64,000 nucleotides of DNA from the human T2T-CHM13v2.0 reference genome, Homo sapiens. The stretch lies in assembly GCF_009914755.1 (NCBI RefSeq), contig NC_060925.1, one strand, 5' to 3'. Of the stretch, positions 60,289-64,000 are shown in pieces. The notes beneath the pieces are model-generated. The model saw only the letters and a list, made by a program, of their open reading frames with translations, had not been told where the DNA came from and ran no database searches. The position numbers and the translations under genes were made by a program. Each line of letters starts with the position of its first letter. Within the stretch, counting starts at the first letter, position 1.

Positions 60289-61050
60289 TAGAGACAGGGT
60301 TTCACCATATTGGCCAGGCTGGTCTCAAACTCCTGACCACAGGTGATCTGCCCACCTTGGCCTCCCAAAATGCTGGGATTACAGGTGTGAGCGACCACAC
60401 CTAGCCAGACTTCTATTTTCTTGTTAGTATCCTTTAAAATCATAGAGATAGGCTTATAGAAGAAAGTTTTCCAGTATTCTAAGTTAAAAGTTTATAGAAA
60501 TGATGGGGTTACATGGTGATATGCTAGGCATTTTAGAGCTCCAGGAATAGAATACCTTTTGGGAGGTGTAACATCTGCATAGCAACTCATATTTTCTTTG
60601 TAACATTGTGTCTTGTGTCTTCTTCTGTGCCTTAAGTATTTTTATATTTTTCATAATCTCAGCTCCCAGAAATCAGCTGCTTTCTTTCTCCTTAATTCAT
60701 TGAGTATCTACTAGAGCTGGTCCACAATATCCTAACTTATAGTAGACCTTTGGGCCGGAGCACAGTGCCTCATGCCTGTCATTCCAGCAGTTTGGGGAGC
60801 TGAAGCAGGAGGATTGTTTGAAGCTAGCCAGGCAGTCAAGACCAACCTGGGCAACATAGCAAGACCCTGAATTTAGGAAAAAACAATAATTAGCTGGGAA
60901 TGGTGGTGCATGCCTGTAGTCCTAGCTACTTGGGAGTCTGAGGTGGGAAGAAGGACTGTGTGAGCCCAGGAGTTCAAGGTTATAGTATGCTATGATCGCA
61001 CCACTATATAGTGGTGATAGAGTAAGACCCTGTCTCTATTAAACAAATCA

Positions 61051-61295
<245 letters not shown>

Positions 61296-61794
61296 TCATG
61301 CCTGTAATCCTAGCACTTTGGGAGGCTGAGACGAGAGGATTGCTTGAGCCCAGGAGTTGGAGACCAGCCTGGGCAGCATGGTGAGGTCATGTCTCTACAA
61401 AAAATTTTAAAAATTAGCTGGGCATGGTGGCACACACATGTGGTCCCAGCTACTCAGGAGGGTGAGGTGGCAGGATTGCTTGAGCTGGGGAGGTCTAGGC
61501 TAGAGTGCAGTGATGCAGTGATTGCACCACTGCACTCCAGCCTAGGCAACTGAGCGAGATCCTGTCTCAAAAAACAAAAATAAAATTAAAAAACCTTTGT
61601 CCTCTAGCTCGAGAAATTTTTTGTTGAGCTTTTATATTCTGCAGACAAATGAGCCATTAATGTTATTAGAGCTTCAAGTATGCAAATCAGGGTATATTGT
61701 TAACTGTGCTCTCTTTAGAATGAAGAATACATGTTAAAGGTTACTTGTGCCCAGGCACATCTCAGCACTTTGGGAGGGCAAGGCAGGCAGATTA

Positions 61795-62091
<297 letters not shown>

Positions 62092-62223
62092 CTAAGTTGT
62101 CTTTCTTATTCTACTATGATGTGTTTAGTTCATTTCCCTCACTGTCATTTTTGTGCTTCTAAGATGTAGGAACAAATGAGTATAGAGAAGGTTTAACTTA
62201 TTAATTCATGTTGTTCTTTCTGA

Positions 62224-62427
<204 letters not shown>

Positions 62428-62547
62428 TAGCCAGGATGGTCTTGATCTCCTGACCTTGGCCTCCTTGATCTGCCCACCTTGGCCTTCCAAAGTGCTGGGA
62501 TTACAGGTGTGAGCCACTGCGCCCGGCCGGCCTCCTCTCTGTTTCTG

Positions 62548-62748
62548 CTTCTTCTTCTTTCTTCTTTCTTCTTTCTTCTTCTTCTTCTTTCTTCTTTCTT
62601 CTTCCCCTCCCCCTCCCCCTCCCCCTCCCCTCCTCCTCCTCCCTCCTCCCTCCTCCTCCTTCCTCCTCCTTCCTCTTCTCTTCTTCCTCTTCCTCTTCTT
62701 CTCTCTTTCTTCTTTCTTCTTCTTTCTTTCTTTCTTTTTTTTTTTTTT
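62548..62748 (+). repeat. 201-nt pure polypyrimidine tract with (CTT)n, (TCCCCC)n and (CCT)n blocks, derived from an Alu monomer tail
   Basis: No purine between 62548 and 62748; abuts an antisense FLAM-type monomer. Confidence 0.92.
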
Positions 62749-63837
62749 AACCGACAAGGTCTTGCTGTGTTGTTCAGGCTGGTTTCGAAGTCCTGACCTC
62801 AAGCGATCTTCCCACTTCTGCCTCCCAAAATGCTGGGATTATAGGCGTGAGCCGCCACATTCAGGCATCTGCTATATTTTCAAAGTTTATCACAGTGCCT
62901 GGCAAAATAGACATTGAAAATTTTATTTTATGAATTCTTAGTCACTAATTTCAGCCTTTTTGCCTCTTAGCAGAACTGAACATTATGTAATTTGCATACT
63001 GCACCAGGTAGAAATCCCCTTGATGTAGTCTTTTCTAGTGTTTAATCATATATGTAACTTTATTGTGTCAATCCAAATCTCTCATTCATGTCATTTTATA
63101 TCTGAGCTCAAAGCCCTCCTTAAAATAATGCTTTTAAAATTTGATCATGTTTAAATCTTCTCATCCTCGAATAACTATTGATTTATTGATCTGATTATTT
63201 GTGTTTGAGAGACTTTTGGACTGAGGTATGAAACTTGTTATGCCCCTTGGTAGATTTAAGGGTATTTCCTTCCCGATGTGAACCTTTTAAATAATCTCTA
63301 CTTAGAAGTGTTTCCAGTTTTAAAAACAAAAACAAAAAAAAGAAAAAAACAAAATGATTTTTTAAAATAAAGTGTTTCTAGTTAGTTTGTCTGCCTGTAA
63401 AAGCTTGTGGAAAGGCACTGAGTCCCTTTTCTTGAGAGGAGAGAAGATAGGCATGCTCCAAGATGAGCTCTCTACCAGTATGCTATCATTTCTTCTCAGG
63501 ATGGGAGCAGAAATATTCACCAGAATGCTAACCAGGCCAGGCGTGGTGGCTCACGCCTGTAATCCCAGCACTTTGGGAAGTAAAGGCAGGTGGATCAATT
63601 GATGTCAGGAGTTCAAGATCAGCCTGACCAATATGGCGAAACCCTGTCTCTGCAAAAAATACATAAAAAATAGCTAAACATGGTGATGCACTCCTGTAAT
63701 CTCAGCTACTTGGGAGGCTGAGGCACGGAACCGCTTGAACCTGAGAGGCAGTGGTTCCAGTGAGCTATCGCGCCACTGCACTCCAGCCTGGGTGACAGAG
63801 TGAGACTCTGTCTCAAAAAAAAAAGAATGCTAAGTAG

Positions 63838-63999
<162 letters not shown>

Positions 64000-64000
64000 G

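Overview
This is primate (almost certainly human) genomic DNA, very Alu-dense, with no complete protein-coding exon. The left part holds three processed pseudogenes within about 11.5 kb. A CHCHD3/MIC19 retrocopy (minus strand) sits just behind the tRNA-Pro primer-binding site of a decayed ERV1 provirus. An NPM1 retrocopy (plus strand) is interrupted by a young 5'-truncated L1PA that carries a 3' transduction and a perfect 40-bp fold-back palindrome. An SNRPE retrocopy lacks its 3' end. A 5'-truncated SVA sits inside an old L1M at about 29.9-30.4 kb. A CpG-island promoter with a non-coding first exon (donor after 44171) lies at about 43.4-44.5 kb, followed by about 20 kb of intron. From recalled gene order (CHCHD3P3, NPM1P39, SNRPEP7, WDTC1 at 1p36.11) this gene is probably WDTC1; I could not verify that by search. 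I see no CRISPR, RNA gene or new multi-gene system. The most notable observations are: an identical 184-bp templated insertion with a multi-step fold-back junction; several independent short fold-back scars; the L1 transduction; two strong-Kozak minimal uORFs in exon 1; and a (TG)19-flanked candidate cryptic exon in intron 1. Repeat subfamily names and parental sequences are from memory of consensus sequences, and repeat boundaries are approximate.
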